Virus record (IMG/VR): IMGVR_UViG_3300025141_000022 | Span: 1-64,000 of that record | Length of the DNA stretch: 64,000 nt | Source of the DNA: a virus | Strand: one strand, 5' to 3' | Shown here: positions 43,659 to 54,409 of the stretch, piece by piece | How positions within the stretch are numbered: the stretch's first letter is position 1 | How the letters are laid out: the number at the start of each line of letters is the position of its first letter | The notes under the pieces: generated by a model | The model's input: only the letters and a program-made list of their open reading frames with translations | The model's database searches: none | Told to the model about the DNA's origin: nothing | Translations under genes and position numbers: made by a program

Positions 43659-45681
43659 TCATTTCAAAATAATAGTCCCTTTTTATAATGTAGAAAAATG
43701 GATCAAGGTGTGCATCAGAAGTATCAGAGCACAAGACTATACCAATTTTCAGTGTATTTTAATTGATGATATTTCAACAGATAATACAGTTGAGATAATT
43801 AAAAAAGAAATTGGCGATGATAAACGATTTAAGCTGATCGTCAACAAACAAAAAAAGCTGGCCCTAAAGAATATTTACGATGGGATTATAGAGTCCCAGC
43901 CAGATGATGAAGATGTTATTGTTACATTAGATGGTGACGACTGGTTTGCAAATCAAGCCGTCCTGTCAAGGCTTAATGATGAATATGAAAATCAAGACGC
44001 TTGGATAACGTATGGTAGTTATGCGGAATTTCCAACATCTGTCAGGGGCAAATTTGCTCAACAGATTCCAGCACAGGTAATTGATAATGGCTTGTTAAGA
44101 CGTGCTGTATGGATGAGTTCTCATCTTCGCAGTTTTAAATATAAACTTTGGCGCCGTATTGACAAGAAAGATATGCTTGACACCGAAGGCAATTTCTATA
44201 AAATGGCTTGGGATTTAGCCTTTATGTTTCCTATGTTGGAGATGGCTGGTAACAAAAGTAGATATATTAAGGATATTTTATATGTATACAATGTTTCCAA
44301 TCCCTTAAACGACCACAAAGTAGACAACACTCTACAAATAAATTTAGAAAAAGAAATAAGAGAAAAGCCCCCTTATGCTAGAATAGATTTAGATGGTACC
44401 CATCCAGCACTTCTGTTAACGCCGCTAAGGTACGATATTGTAGCTAAGACAATGTACGCGAGGTATAAACTCAAGCAGATTGATAGCTCATGGGCTAACG
44501 AAGTGTATGCACAGCATCTAAAGGTGTGGAATGATTTTAAAGAAAAAGACCCAGAAAAAAATAGGTTGGCTGATTTTACTAATAGTTTTGATTCTCTTTT
44601 AAGTTCAATGGAGCAAGAAGGGTTCAGCCGCGATCCTGCTAACGCTATTCCTTTGTACGCTGGTTCTCCCCTTAATGGAGCCCACAGAGTAGCTGCAGCC
44701 ATAGCGTTGAACAAGAGAGTATATACTACCGGACCAACCCCCGAAGGACAGCTTGATTGTAGTTCAGAATACTTTAGAAATAAAGATAATTTTGTAAGCG
44801 GGGGATTAGACGTAAAGTTTCTTGACGATATGGCATTAGAGTATTGCAAGCTAAAGGGTAACGTATACACGGTTACTTTGTTTCCGGCAGCAAATATCGA
44901 AAAGAATAATGCTGAGCAAATTCTATCTGAATATGCAACAGTTGTGTATAAAAAAGAAGCAGCCCTAAGTGAGCTTGGAGCTACAAACTATATTCTCTCA
45001 CTCTACCAAGGAGAGCCATGGCTTGGCACTGTCCAGAATGACTTCCCAGGAGCCCACGAGAAAAAGGCAGGCTGCTTTGGTGCAGAAAATGAAGGAACAA
45101 TAACTGTTTATTTGGTAGAGACAGATGAACCAGAAAAGCTAAATATAGCCAAGAAAAGAATCAGAGATGTCTGCAATGTAGGCAACCACTCTATTCATAT
45201 TAATGATACACATGTAGAAACATGGAGAATAGCATCAAGCGTCTTTAATAAAAATAGTTTACACTTTCTAAACAATTCCAATCCGCACAGATACGGAAGA
45301 TTTACTCACCTGTTTACTCAATTTAAGACTTGGCTCATTTCGCACTTAGCACACATAACTCAATTAGAGGATTATTGTGTGGACGCTAGCGCAGTTCTTA
45401 GTGTTTATGGCTTAAGAGAGTGTAGAGATTTAGACTTTTTATATCGAGGTGAAAATATAGAGACAAACGTATTGGATGTTAATTGTCATAATTTCGATGC
45501 TCATGATTACATAATTGGAAAAGATGAGATAATTTTCAATCCTGAGAATCATTTTTATTATGAAGGGATTAAGTTTGCTACACTGGAAACGATCCGAGAT
45601 ATGAAAATAAACAGAAACGAAGAAAAGGACCGACGTGATGTGGCCTTAATAAATTCATGCTTAGGAGAAGACAATGAATGA
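43651..45681 (+). CDS. GT2 glycosyltransferase fused to ParB-like and nucleotidyltransferase-like domains
   Basis: IVPFYN, DD.STD, LDGDD; LNGAHRVAAA; DASAVL..YGLRE.RDLD. Confidence 0.75.
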   Translation: MANHFKIIVPFYNVEKWIKVCIRSIRAQDYTNFQCILIDDISTDNTVEIIKKEIGDDKRFKLIVNKQKKLALKNIYDGIIESQPDDEDVIVTLDGDDWFANQAVLSRLNDEYENQDAWITYGSYAEFPTSVRGKFAQQIPAQVIDNGLLRRAVWMSSHLRSFKYKLWRRIDKKDMLDTEGNFYKMAWDLAFMFPMLEMAGNKSRYIKDILYVYNVSNPLNDHKVDNTLQINLEKEIREKPPYARIDLDGTHPALLLTPLRYDIVAKTMYARYKLKQIDSSWANEVYAQHLKVWNDFKEKDPEKNRLADFTNSFDSLLSSMEQEGFSRDPANAIPLYAGSPLNGAHRVAAAIALNKRVYTTGPTPEGQLDCSSEYFRNKDNFVSGGLDVKFLDDMALEYCKLKGNVYTVTLFPAANIEKNNAEQILSEYATVVYKKEAALSELGATNYILSLYQGEPWLGTVQNDFPGAHEKKAGCFGAENEGTITVYLVETDEPEKLNIAKKRIRDVCNVGNHSIHINDTHVETWRIASSVFNKNSLHFLNNSNPHRYGRFTHLFTQFKTWLISHLAHITQLEDYCVDASAVLSVYGLRECRDLDFLYRGENIETNVLDVNCHNFDAHDYIIGKDEIIFNPENHFYYEGIKFATLETIRDMKINRNEEKDRRDVALINSCLGEDNE

Positions 45682-46426
45682 TTTAAAAGTATATGTATCA
45701 ACCTCAGACAACTATTTGCATGTATTGAAGCCGTTTAGTTATTTGTTTAATAAGTTCTGGTCACCCGAACAGAAGGTGACTGTAGTTGGATTTAAGGAGC
45801 CTGATTTTAGCTTACCAAGTAATTTTGATTTTATTTCACTAGGCAAGCAGCGAGGTATACAATATTGGTCTGATGATTATATAGAGTTTTTGAATCTGGT
45901 CGAAGATGATTATTTTATCCACATGGTGGAAAATGAATTTCTCCTAAGACCGGTCAACTTTGAACTCATAAAGACACTCTCAGGACACTTAAATGAAAGT
46001 GTTGGAAGGATTGATTTGACCCCAGGACCATCGTTACGATCATGGGAGCCAGTAGAAACACACGACAATTATGATGTTATTCAATTGACGCAGGAAGCTC
46101 AATACAGATTGGCCATTCGATTAAACATTTGGAATAAAGAATATTTTCTTAAGAATTTACATTCTGGTGAAGATGCGTGGCAATTCGAAATTAATGGATT
46201 AGAACGGGCAAAAAACGATGGATATAAAATTTTAGCTACAAATAGAAGATATCCGTGTTATATTATGGATGGAACTAAAGCAGAGAACCCACGACTTCTT
46301 GATTTAAGAGCAAAGAATCCAGAGATAAGCTCTTTTAGTCTTCCACTCGATGAAGGAACGATAAAAGAAATGTGCGAAAGTAACATTATAACAGAAAGGA
46401 GAAAGGGATTTTTCTCTGTATGTTAG
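45674..46426 (+). CDS. Glycan-associated hypothetical protein (GT-A-like)
   Basis: Island context; W.FE.NG motif. Confidence 0.55.
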   Translation: MNDLKVYVSTSDNYLHVLKPFSYLFNKFWSPEQKVTVVGFKEPDFSLPSNFDFISLGKQRGIQYWSDDYIEFLNLVEDDYFIHMVENEFLLRPVNFELIKTLSGHLNESVGRIDLTPGPSLRSWEPVETHDNYDVIQLTQEAQYRLAIRLNIWNKEYFLKNLHSGEDAWQFEINGLERAKNDGYKILATNRRYPCYIMDGTKAENPRLLDLRAKNPEISSFSLPLDEGTIKEMCESNIITERRKGFFSVC

Positions 46427-46435
46427 GGATATATT

Positions 46436-47416
46436 ATGGACGAGTTAAACAAAATAGTAGAAAGCAACTTAAAAACTGAACTTGAAAGGAATCTAAAACT
46501 AAGAGAACTGCAGCGCGCGGCAATTAGAGAATATGGCATGATCAGGTTTGAGCCTCAAAGGGAGCTTCGACAGCACATGATAGAGGGTGACCCTGGATCC
46601 GATTTGCCAAAAGAATCAAATATTGATTTAGGCGAGTACAAGCACGGCGACTTTTTACCAGAATTAACTTACTTGATCACCTACCCCAGAAGTGGTGCCA
46701 ACTGGCTACGATATTGCTTAGAAGCTATTTATTTGTTGCCGACGTATGGCGTAGCTCCACAGCAACCGCTAACGTGGCTAGATTTAACAATTGAAGATGC
46801 GTGTAGAAAATTGGTAGGTGTGTCACTTGGCGTAGATAGAACTGACGGTGCGCTGTTTCAACATTCGCACAGATTTAAAGCTGCACATGATTCAACGAGA
46901 ATATTCACAATCCTTAGAAATCCGAAGGAAGCGATCTTAAGAGAATTTAGGGGCCAGTATGGCGATGAACAAACCAGGGTGTTGGCCAAAAAAGATAGCC
47001 TCAGAATCTTGGAGTTTGAAGATGGGCTAAGGGACTATAAAGCACTTATAGATGGATACCATCAGCACAAGGGCGAAAAACATATAATATATTATGAAGA
47101 TTTGTTATCAGATCCCCTCAACACGTTGTTGACCTTTCATGATTCTAATGTAGATTTTTTTCCGCATGTTATGAATCCAAAAAGATTATTTAAGAGAATT
47201 CTTAGCTTTGTAGAACATATAGATGAGCACACCAAAGTCTCCATATCCATTTATAATAATGGGGTCGCCAAATCATATACTTCTGGTAAAAGCACAAGTT
47301 TGTCAAAGCACTCAAATGAGTTTCTCTCCAAAGAAGAGAAGCTTAAGTGGGATGAGCGACTAAAAGAGGTATTTGATAAAGAGACGACTCCATACATCAA
47401 GAGGTATTTCGAATGA
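46436..47416 (+). CDS. Sulfotransferase-domain protein
   Basis: TYPRSGANW (5'-PSB), LRNP..A (3'-PB), YEDL. Confidence 0.75.
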   Translation: MDELNKIVESNLKTELERNLKLRELQRAAIREYGMIRFEPQRELRQHMIEGDPGSDLPKESNIDLGEYKHGDFLPELTYLITYPRSGANWLRYCLEAIYLLPTYGVAPQQPLTWLDLTIEDACRKLVGVSLGVDRTDGALFQHSHRFKAAHDSTRIFTILRNPKEAILREFRGQYGDEQTRVLAKKDSLRILEFEDGLRDYKALIDGYHQHKGEKHIIYYEDLLSDPLNTLLTFHDSNVDFFPHVMNPKRLFKRILSFVEHIDEHTKVSISIYNNGVAKSYTSGKSTSLSKHSNEFLSKEEKLKWDERLKEVFDKETTPYIKRYFE

Positions 47417-48342
47417 TAAAAGCATATTTCATGCCCGCCTGGGGAGACTCCCCAGAGGTGATCCTAGACACACTTAAGTTACAAACGCCAAGTAATTCTG
47501 GTCAGTGGAAAGATTTGATAGGAGTTTCAAATATTGCCGATGCGGACTGTTTTATAATTCAAGATTATACAGACAAAGAACACATAAAATTCTTAAAAAG
47601 TAAAAATATGATAGATAAGGCATTTTATTTCGCTCGCGAGGTTCCCGGCGGTGGCCCAATGGAAGAATATGAAGGAGTCAAGAGGTTTTCTTACCTAGAC
47701 AAAAATTCATATCTTTATACAAAATGGGCCTACCCAAGAAGCATCAGTGGTGGAACTGGCCAAACGTATGATGATTTAGTTAATTTTGAAGCTCCCAATA
47801 AGACTAAATCTTTGATATGTGTTCAATCGAATAAAATGTTTTTAGAAGGCCATCGAGTCCGAGTTAAATTCATTAGAGAATTTTGTGAATATACACCAGA
47901 TGATTTAGATCTCTTTGGGAGTATTATGAAAAACCCTTATTTTACGGCTTTGCCAAGTTGTAATAATGCACCAAAAATGGTGGATGATGATAAATTTAAG
48001 ACGATGCAAGAATACAAATATTGCCTCGCTTTTGATAATGGCCAATATGAGAACTATTTTGGAACGCAGTTCACTGATGCTATATTAAGCTGGACCGTAC
48101 CAATTTACTGGGGAGCGCCCAACATTGCTGATTTCTTTCCAGAGGGCTCTTACATTTCGTTTGATGCGAGAAACTATGAAGAAATTGATAGAATACTAGA
48201 AGTGATTGAAGATGAATCAGACTACCAATCAAGATTACCGGCCCTGAGAGAAGCCAGAGAACTAATTTTAAATAAATATAATGCATGGGATACAATCCAT
48301 GAGGCAATCACCACAGGAAAAAATACCTGGGGTTTTAAGTAA
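47413..48342 (+). CDS. GT10 (alpha-1,3-fucosyltransferase-like)
   Basis: YKYCLAFDN...NY, TVPIYWG. Confidence 0.7.
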   Translation: MIKAYFMPAWGDSPEVILDTLKLQTPSNSGQWKDLIGVSNIADADCFIIQDYTDKEHIKFLKSKNMIDKAFYFAREVPGGGPMEEYEGVKRFSYLDKNSYLYTKWAYPRSISGGTGQTYDDLVNFEAPNKTKSLICVQSNKMFLEGHRVRVKFIREFCEYTPDDLDLFGSIMKNPYFTALPSCNNAPKMVDDDKFKTMQEYKYCLAFDNGQYENYFGTQFTDAILSWTVPIYWGAPNIADFFPEGSYISFDARNYEEIDRILEVIEDESDYQSRLPALREARELILNKYNAWDTIHEAITTGKNTWGFK

Positions 48343-48400
48343 ATTCACGTTAAAAAATCATAACTTTTAAGTTAAAATAAAAATACAATTAGGAGATTAA

Positions 48401-49528
48401 ATGAAAGTACCACAGTTTATGCCATACGTTGATATGGAAGAATATGAGGCAATTAAACACTGCTTTGAGATCAATTGGATTACCGAGGGTCCAAAAGCAA
48501 AAGAATTCTGTCAACAAGTGTGTGACATGGTTGGCGCAAAGTATGGGGTTTTCGCCCCCAACGGAACTCTTGCACTCTATCTGGGATTAAGGGCCATAGG
48601 TGTTGGTCCTGGCGATGAAGTGATTGTTCCAAATTTCACATTCATTGCTTCTGCCAATGCAGTAGAGATGGTTGGTGCAACACCTGTGTTTGTAGATGTC
48701 AACGAGGACGATTTACAAATCAATGTAGACGACTGTAAGCGTGTCTTATCAGGAAAAACCAAAGCCATTATGCCTGTGCATCTTTATGGATTTACGGCAG
48801 ACATGGATAAAGTAATGGAGTTTGCTAACGACAATGACCTATTGGTAATTGAAGATGCAGCGCAAGCTCTTGGAATTAAGTGGAAAGGACAAGGCTGCGG
48901 AAGTTTTGGAGATGTAGCAACATTTTCCTTCTTCGCAGACAAGACACTCACAACCGGTGAGGGTGGATTTGTATGTACCAACAATAAAGAGATATACGAC
49001 AAGCTCCTGTTTTTAAGAAATCAGGGCCGCGTAAATCGGGGAACCTTTGTACACCCAATGATTGGGTATAATTTCAGGATGAACGATATTCAAATGGCTA
49101 TTGGCTTAACACAGATGAAAAAGTTCAATAAGATTGTTGCCTTGAAACAGAGAAACTATAGCTTATATTCTAATCTACTATCTGATGTGTCGGAAGTAGA
49201 GATTATTGGCCCCAAGAGTGAAGTGTCACCATACATTCCTTTTAGAGTTGTGTTGAGAACGCTCACAGAGCCTTCTGAATCGCTTATGAATTATATGAAG
49301 GACAACGGAGTAGAGACTCGCACATTCTTTTATCCTCTGCATAAGCAGCCGTGTTTCTCATGTTGGCAAGAAGATGAGCAACGTCGATATGCAGATGAGA
49401 ACTTTCCAGTAACCAATCATGCATTTGAGCATGGCGTGTGCCTGCCATCATTCGCTGCGCTGACAGTAGAAGAGGTTACATATGTGTGCGATGTCATTAG
49501 AAAGTATTACGAGGAAAAGAATGCATAA
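48401..49528 (+). CDS. DegT/DnrJ/EryC1/StrS sugar aminotransferase
   Basis: NGTLAL, PVHLYG, EDAAQA, SFFADKTLTTGEGG. Confidence 0.92.
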   Translation: MKVPQFMPYVDMEEYEAIKHCFEINWITEGPKAKEFCQQVCDMVGAKYGVFAPNGTLALYLGLRAIGVGPGDEVIVPNFTFIASANAVEMVGATPVFVDVNEDDLQINVDDCKRVLSGKTKAIMPVHLYGFTADMDKVMEFANDNDLLVIEDAAQALGIKWKGQGCGSFGDVATFSFFADKTLTTGEGGFVCTNNKEIYDKLLFLRNQGRVNRGTFVHPMIGYNFRMNDIQMAIGLTQMKKFNKIVALKQRNYSLYSNLLSDVSEVEIIGPKSEVSPYIPFRVVLRTLTEPSESLMNYMKDNGVETRTFFYPLHKQPCFSCWQEDEQRRYADENFPVTNHAFEHGVCLPSFAALTVEEVTYVCDVIRKYYEEKNA

Positions 49529-50027
49529 AATTCATGAAGGGGTAACAGAACCCCAATTATTAAAAGTGCAGAGCATCTCTGATGATAGGGGTTATTTAAT
49601 ACCATTTACAGACCATATCGATCATGAGTTATTTCACCGTTGCTACGTTGTGGGAGATTATGGAAAAGGAGTGATTAGAGGTCTTCATTACCATAAAGAA
49701 GAAATGAAAATCTTCACAATTGTTTCCGGCGCCGCAAAGTTTGTAACAACTGATCTTCCAGAAGAATTAGCAGACCGAAACGATTCTGCAGAGATAGAAA
49801 TTTATTTAAAAGAACACCCAGAGGCTGTTAAGACGTTTGTGCTTAGTTCTAGACATCATGGTGTTGTTATAGTACCCGCTTATTACGCCAATGGGTGGGT
49901 TAGCTTAGAGGATAATACTATTCTAGTATCCCTCAGCAATCTTAGATTTGAGAGGGCGATGCATGATGATATCAGAATCGACCCATATGTAATTGATAAA
50001 AAATACTGGGAGGTAATAGGAAGATAA
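49521..50027 (+). CDS. Cupin NDP-sugar epimerase/isomerase (RmlC/FdtA-like)
   Basis: DDRG, IRGLHYH. Confidence 0.75.
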   Translation: MHKIHEGVTEPQLLKVQSISDDRGYLIPFTDHIDHELFHRCYVVGDYGKGVIRGLHYHKEEMKIFTIVSGAAKFVTTDLPEELADRNDSAEIEIYLKEHPEAVKTFVLSSRHHGVVIVPAYYANGWVSLEDNTILVSLSNLRFERAMHDDIRIDPYVIDKKYWEVIGR

Positions 50028-50956
50028 TGAAAATTTTAGTAACTGGTGGAGCGGGATATATCGGCAGCACCTTGGTTCCAGAATTACTGGCACTAGGTCA
50101 CGAAGTCACGGTATATGATAATTTGAGATTTGGGGGCCAAGGGATGCTTGGCCTATTTAAAAATCCTAAATTTAATTTGATTAAGGCAGATGTTAGAGAC
50201 ATTACCAAATTAAAGGAAGCTACAAAGAGTGTTGACGCTGTTATTCACTTAGCAGCAATTGTTGGATACCCAGCTTGTAAAAATGAGCCAGAATTGGCCA
50301 CAGCTGTCAATGTGGGTTCGACTAAAGCTTTGGCTAGCTTTTTAAGTAAAGATCAATATATTTTATTTGGCTCTACTGGAAGCAACTACGGAGTCATCAC
50401 TGATGGCGTTTGCACCGAGGAAACCCCTCTTAGTCCACTGAGCCACTATGGTAGAACTAAGACCGAAGCCGAACGCATTGTCATGAACGAATGTACAGCC
50501 ACAGCATACAGATTCGCCACTGCGTTTGGTTTGTCGCCACGTCTGCGTTTAGATTTGCTTGTTAATGATTTTGTTAATAAGGCACTCAATGATAGATATA
50601 TTGTTGTATACGAATCACACTTTATGAGAACATTTATTCATGTACACGATATAGCTCGTTCTTTTGTTTTCGCGTTAGAAAACCGTGATAACATGGAAGG
50701 TCAAGTTTATAACGTTGGAGCCGACAACATGAACTGTAGTAAAAAGGGCATATGTGAGATGATTGGCGACAAGGTAGATTATTATCTGCATTTGGCTGAT
50801 TTTGGTTCGGATGCGGATAAGAGAAATTACATTGTTTCTTATGATAAAATAGCATCCCTTGGATATAGAACTACCATCAATCTTGAAGCCGGCGTAGATG
50901 AATTAGTCGCTGGCCTTCAGGCAATCAAGGTAGCTAATCCGTATTCTAATGTATAA
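50027..50956 (+). CDS. NAD-dependent epimerase/dehydratase
   Basis: TGGAGYIG, HLAA, YGRTK. Confidence 0.92.
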   Translation: MKILVTGGAGYIGSTLVPELLALGHEVTVYDNLRFGGQGMLGLFKNPKFNLIKADVRDITKLKEATKSVDAVIHLAAIVGYPACKNEPELATAVNVGSTKALASFLSKDQYILFGSTGSNYGVITDGVCTEETPLSPLSHYGRTKTEAERIVMNECTATAYRFATAFGLSPRLRLDLLVNDFVNKALNDRYIVVYESHFMRTFIHVHDIARSFVFALENRDNMEGQVYNVGADNMNCSKKGICEMIGDKVDYYLHLADFGSDADKRNYIVSYDKIASLGYRTTINLEAGVDELVAGLQAIKVANPYSNV

Positions 50957-50968
50957 AGGAGAAATAAC

Positions 50969-51295
50969 ATGGGTTTATTATTAGAAGATAAATATAAGAA
51001 TTTTGACGAATTCTACAGCTGGTATTTATCCCAGCATCAAAACGTGAACAATAGAAGGATGCACCTTTTAGGCGTATTAACTACTTTGGGTTTTATCGCT
51101 ACAGTATTGTTGACTGGGTTAAACCTTTGGTGGCTACTTTTAGCGCCTCTAATTGTGTATCCGTTTGCTTGGACGGGACATCTTGTACTTGAAGGTAATC
51201 GCCCTGCTGCCTGGAACTTTCGTCGCACACTACCATCTAAAGTAGCAGACATTAGAATGTGTACGGATATGTTAGTTGGTAACATACCGCTATAG
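50969..51295 (+). CDS. DUF962/Mpo1-like membrane protein
   Basis: YLSQHQN..NRRMH..G, AWTGH..EGNRPA. Confidence 0.8.
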   Translation: MGLLLEDKYKNFDEFYSWYLSQHQNVNNRRMHLLGVLTTLGFIATVLLTGLNLWWLLLAPLIVYPFAWTGHLVLEGNRPAAWNFRRTLPSKVADIRMCTDMLVGNIPL

Positions 51296-51297
51296 TT

Positions 51298-52041
51298 ATG
51301 TATCATTTAGAATACGCTGAAATATATGATAGACTGCATGAAAGTAAAGACTATCTGTATGAGGTAAATTTTATACAAGAAGCTCTTAAGAGAAACAAGA
51401 GTGATGCTGACAGGATATTAGATATTGGGTGTGGCACTGGAACACACTCTTTACTTTTATGCCAGCGTGATTATACTATTGTTGGAATAGATGATTCAAA
51501 ACAAATGATAGATATAGCAAATCGAAAAGCCGCAGGCCGACCAAATATTGAATTTAGCACAAAGCGTATAACACAAGTAGATGGCGATTTTGATTTGGCG
51601 ATAAGTATGTTTAATGTTGTTAATCATATACACGACATGGATCGGTTGACTGACTTCTATGATGACATAAGAACAAAGTTAGTTCCCGGCGGGCTTTTTA
51701 TATTTGATTGTTGGAACGGAGTCGCGGCTCTTCGTGATCCGCCAATAGATCGTGTTCTTGCAAAGAAGTGCCAAGACGGAACTATTATGGAAATAGAAAC
51801 GGTCTGTAAGACCGACTTGATGCGTCAAGAGACTGATATGTTAACAAATGTCCACATTAATGATAATATTGTAAAATATGGACTTAAACATACATTATGG
51901 ACACCTAGACAGCATATGAACATATTAGATACAGTTGGGTTTAAAATAATCAATATATGCAAAGCACATGATTTATCTTCCCCGGCCAACGCCGGTGATT
52001 ATAAAATAGCATTTGTTTGCGAGGTCTATGATGGCTACTGA
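51298..52041 (+). CDS. Class I SAM-dependent methyltransferase
   Basis: ILDIGCGTG, GID.S..M, L.PGGLFIFD. Confidence 0.9.
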   Translation: MYHLEYAEIYDRLHESKDYLYEVNFIQEALKRNKSDADRILDIGCGTGTHSLLLCQRDYTIVGIDDSKQMIDIANRKAAGRPNIEFSTKRITQVDGDFDLAISMFNVVNHIHDMDRLTDFYDDIRTKLVPGGLFIFDCWNGVAALRDPPIDRVLAKKCQDGTIMEIETVCKTDLMRQETDMLTNVHINDNIVKYGLKHTLWTPRQHMNILDTVGFKIINICKAHDLSSPANAGDYKIAFVCEVYDGY

Positions 52042-52723
52042 CAATGATGGAAAATTACCAAAGGATACAAAATTTCCCTGCACTCAGTGTGGTATATGTT
52101 GTAAGACGACGGGTAGGATTCAAGAAGGAATCAGACGTGGAATCACACTCTGGACACCTACTAAGCTTGCTGGTCATGGATTCTATGATTACAACAAAAC
52201 TGAAGCAAAACGATTGGAAGAAGAGATTATGAGTTTGCCTCTTAAGGAGGATCAGCGTACATGTGGACACTTGTCAGACGACGGACCACCGTACACATGT
52301 GGAATATATGAATCCAGGCCATTATCGTGTCGGCTTCTAGGAAATGGAAACCAAAGCAATCCATGGAAACCTAAAGCGCTTACAGACAAAGAATGGCTGA
52401 TGAGTAATATCTTGTCATGCAATATAGGGATGGGCGCTGTCGCAAATGCTAAAGAAGTTGATCTTCTTGTGCAACAAGGTTCCCAAGAAATGCTCGATAC
52501 GGAGTTCTATCTTCAGGAAGATCGTGAAGGCGTTACCCCTATTGACATTCCAGAAAATCTACAACCTTTAGTGGTTGAGGCATATAGCAAATACACGGAA
52601 CTGATCAATGGGTTTGGTAATTTCTTAACTGAACTGAAGAATAAGTCACCCGCTTCTAAGCGCAAGCGCAGGAATAGGACGCGGAGTAAAAATAAAAAAA
52701 ACAATAGGAGAAACAAAACATGA
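52028..52723 (+). CDS. YkgJ-family CxxCxxCC Fe-S/Zn cluster protein
   Basis: CTQCGICC, CGHL, CGIYESRPLSCR. Confidence 0.8.
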   Translation: MMATDNDGKLPKDTKFPCTQCGICCKTTGRIQEGIRRGITLWTPTKLAGHGFYDYNKTEAKRLEEEIMSLPLKEDQRTCGHLSDDGPPYTCGIYESRPLSCRLLGNGNQSNPWKPKALTDKEWLMSNILSCNIGMGAVANAKEVDLLVQQGSQEMLDTEFYLQEDREGVTPIDIPENLQPLVVEAYSKYTELINGFGNFLTELKNKSPASKRKRRNRTRSKNKKNNRRNKT

Positions 52724-53058
52724 GTGATAAAATTAAAACAGATGGTGTCGGTATGGCCGGCGAATCGGAGTTTAGAACAGTAACGATGGACTATGCTAAG
52801 CCAACAAGAGTTGAGGCTATGACGTTATCAGATCAAGCGCTTGGTGCTGTAATGATGGCCTTGCAGCGTTCGCTAATGGAGCAGTCAGACATTGTACCTG
52901 TTCTAAAGGGGTTCGAATTTGTTAATTCAGAACATGGTCTAACGGTACGAAACCCCCCGGTGGTTAACCAGCCAGAACGGCACACTTTTGTGGGCATAGA
53001 GGAAGAAGAAGACAACAGCGGTGCAGTTTTTCAAGCTTACGTTGATGACCTACCTTAG
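52720..53058 (+). CDS. Hypothetical phage protein
   Basis: AGGAG RBS. Confidence 0.7.
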   Translation: MSDKIKTDGVGMAGESEFRTVTMDYAKPTRVEAMTLSDQALGAVMMALQRSLMEQSDIVPVLKGFEFVNSEHGLTVRNPPVVNQPERHTFVGIEEEEDNSGAVFQAYVDDLP

Positions 53059-53071
53059 AGGATAACAACTG

Positions 53072-53353
53072 ATGCCTAAGTATTCTTATAAATGTAAACA
53101 ATGCGAATACATGTTTGAGACATATCACGGCATCAGTGAAAAATTATTATTTTGCGATAAATGCAAACTTGATTCATTGATAAGAATTCCATATAATATT
53201 AATTTTAAATTGCCAAACAGAGATTATTCCGAGATTTTGACGCAAAGTCAGGACCGCAATGTTGGTGATTTGGTAGAGAGATTTATTGAAGAATCAAGAG
53301 AAGAATTAAAACAACAACAAGACGATTTACAAAACAAAAGAGAAATTAAATGA
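53072..53353 (+). CDS. FmdB-family zinc-ribbon protein
   Basis: MPKYSYKCKQC...CDKC. Confidence 0.75.
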   Translation: MPKYSYKCKQCEYMFETYHGISEKLLFCDKCKLDSLIRIPYNINFKLPNRDYSEILTQSQDRNVGDLVERFIEESREELKQQQDDLQNKREIK

Positions 53354-53709
53354 GTTTAACAGCCGGATTAGCAATTACTTGTACTATAACAACATTTTTA
53401 GTTGTGGTATTGGTGTGGTATATTAAACGAATACTAGCAAAATTATTTTTTGTCTCGGATAGTATGGGAGATTTATTAATTAAATTAATGGAATACTCTG
53501 ATCACTTAGAGACAGTATACTCGCTTGAGACGTACTATGGTGATACAACACTACAGGAACTTCTTCGTCATTCCAAAATAATAGTTGAAGATTTAAAAGA
53601 GTATGAAGAAATTTATTCTCTTACAACTGTAATAGAAGAAACCGATGACACAGAGAAGGATGGCGAAGAAGATGACAGAACAAGACAGCAGCGGCAGTCC
53701 GCCGATTAA
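53350..53709 (+). CDS. Membrane-anchored hypothetical protein
   Basis: N-terminal transmembrane helix. Confidence 0.65.
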   Translation: MSLTAGLAITCTITTFLVVVLVWYIKRILAKLFFVSDSMGDLLIKLMEYSDHLETVYSLETYYGDTTLQELLRHSKIIVEDLKEYEEIYSLTTVIEETDDTEKDGEEDDRTRQQRQSAD

Positions 53710-54406
53710 AAAAAGACGTAGAAGAAGAAGATCTAAAAATGCTCGACACTATTTTACACAAGCTCATGAAGATGCGATTGTTAAATATGTTGCATCTAAT
53801 GACTTAAGAGAACGGACATATTTATATACAGAATATATACAACCAGCTTTTAACGAGATGGTAGATAAAATTGTATTTACCTATAAATTTACGACATTGC
53901 CAAATATTGATGACTTAAGAGCAGAATGTAAGATCTGGCTAACTACAATATTGGACAAATATGATCAATCTAAAGGCTCCAAAGCCTTTTCTTATTTTTC
54001 AGTAATTACAAAAAATTGGTTTATACACAAAACTAAAAAGACTGCCGATAGAAACCGAAAAGAATTTGCAATTGATGAGATTAGAGACTTTTCCGAACAC
54101 GATGTCTTAATAGTAGAGCACGGCTATCAATCAGACCGCGAAGAAAAAGAATTTTGGTTATCCCTGTGGAAAGAGATTGATACTTGGGATACTGGCAATC
54201 TAAAAGTCAACGAAAAGAAAGTACTAGAGGCTATCAAAATTCTACTTAATAATCCAGACGACATAGAAATTTTTAATAAAAAAGCTATTTACTTATATCT
54301 GAGAGAAATTACTGGCTTAAACACCAAACAGGTGGTTAACAATCTTAATAAATTGAGGATAAAATATTTTAACTTCAAAAAGAAGTGGAATAAAGGTGAG
54401 ATATGA
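53645..54406 (+). CDS. Phage sigma-factor-like protein
   Basis: DDLRAE...KYDQSKGSKAFSYF resembles sigma70 region 2. Confidence 0.6.
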   Translation: MTQRRMAKKMTEQDSSGSPPIKKRRRRRRSKNARHYFTQAHEDAIVKYVASNDLRERTYLYTEYIQPAFNEMVDKIVFTYKFTTLPNIDDLRAECKIWLTTILDKYDQSKGSKAFSYFSVITKNWFIHKTKKTADRNRKEFAIDEIRDFSEHDVLIVEHGYQSDREEKEFWLSLWKEIDTWDTGNLKVNEKKVLEAIKILLNNPDDIEIFNKKAIYLYLREITGLNTKQVVNNLNKLRIKYFNFKKKWNKGEI

Positions 54407-54409
54407 TTT

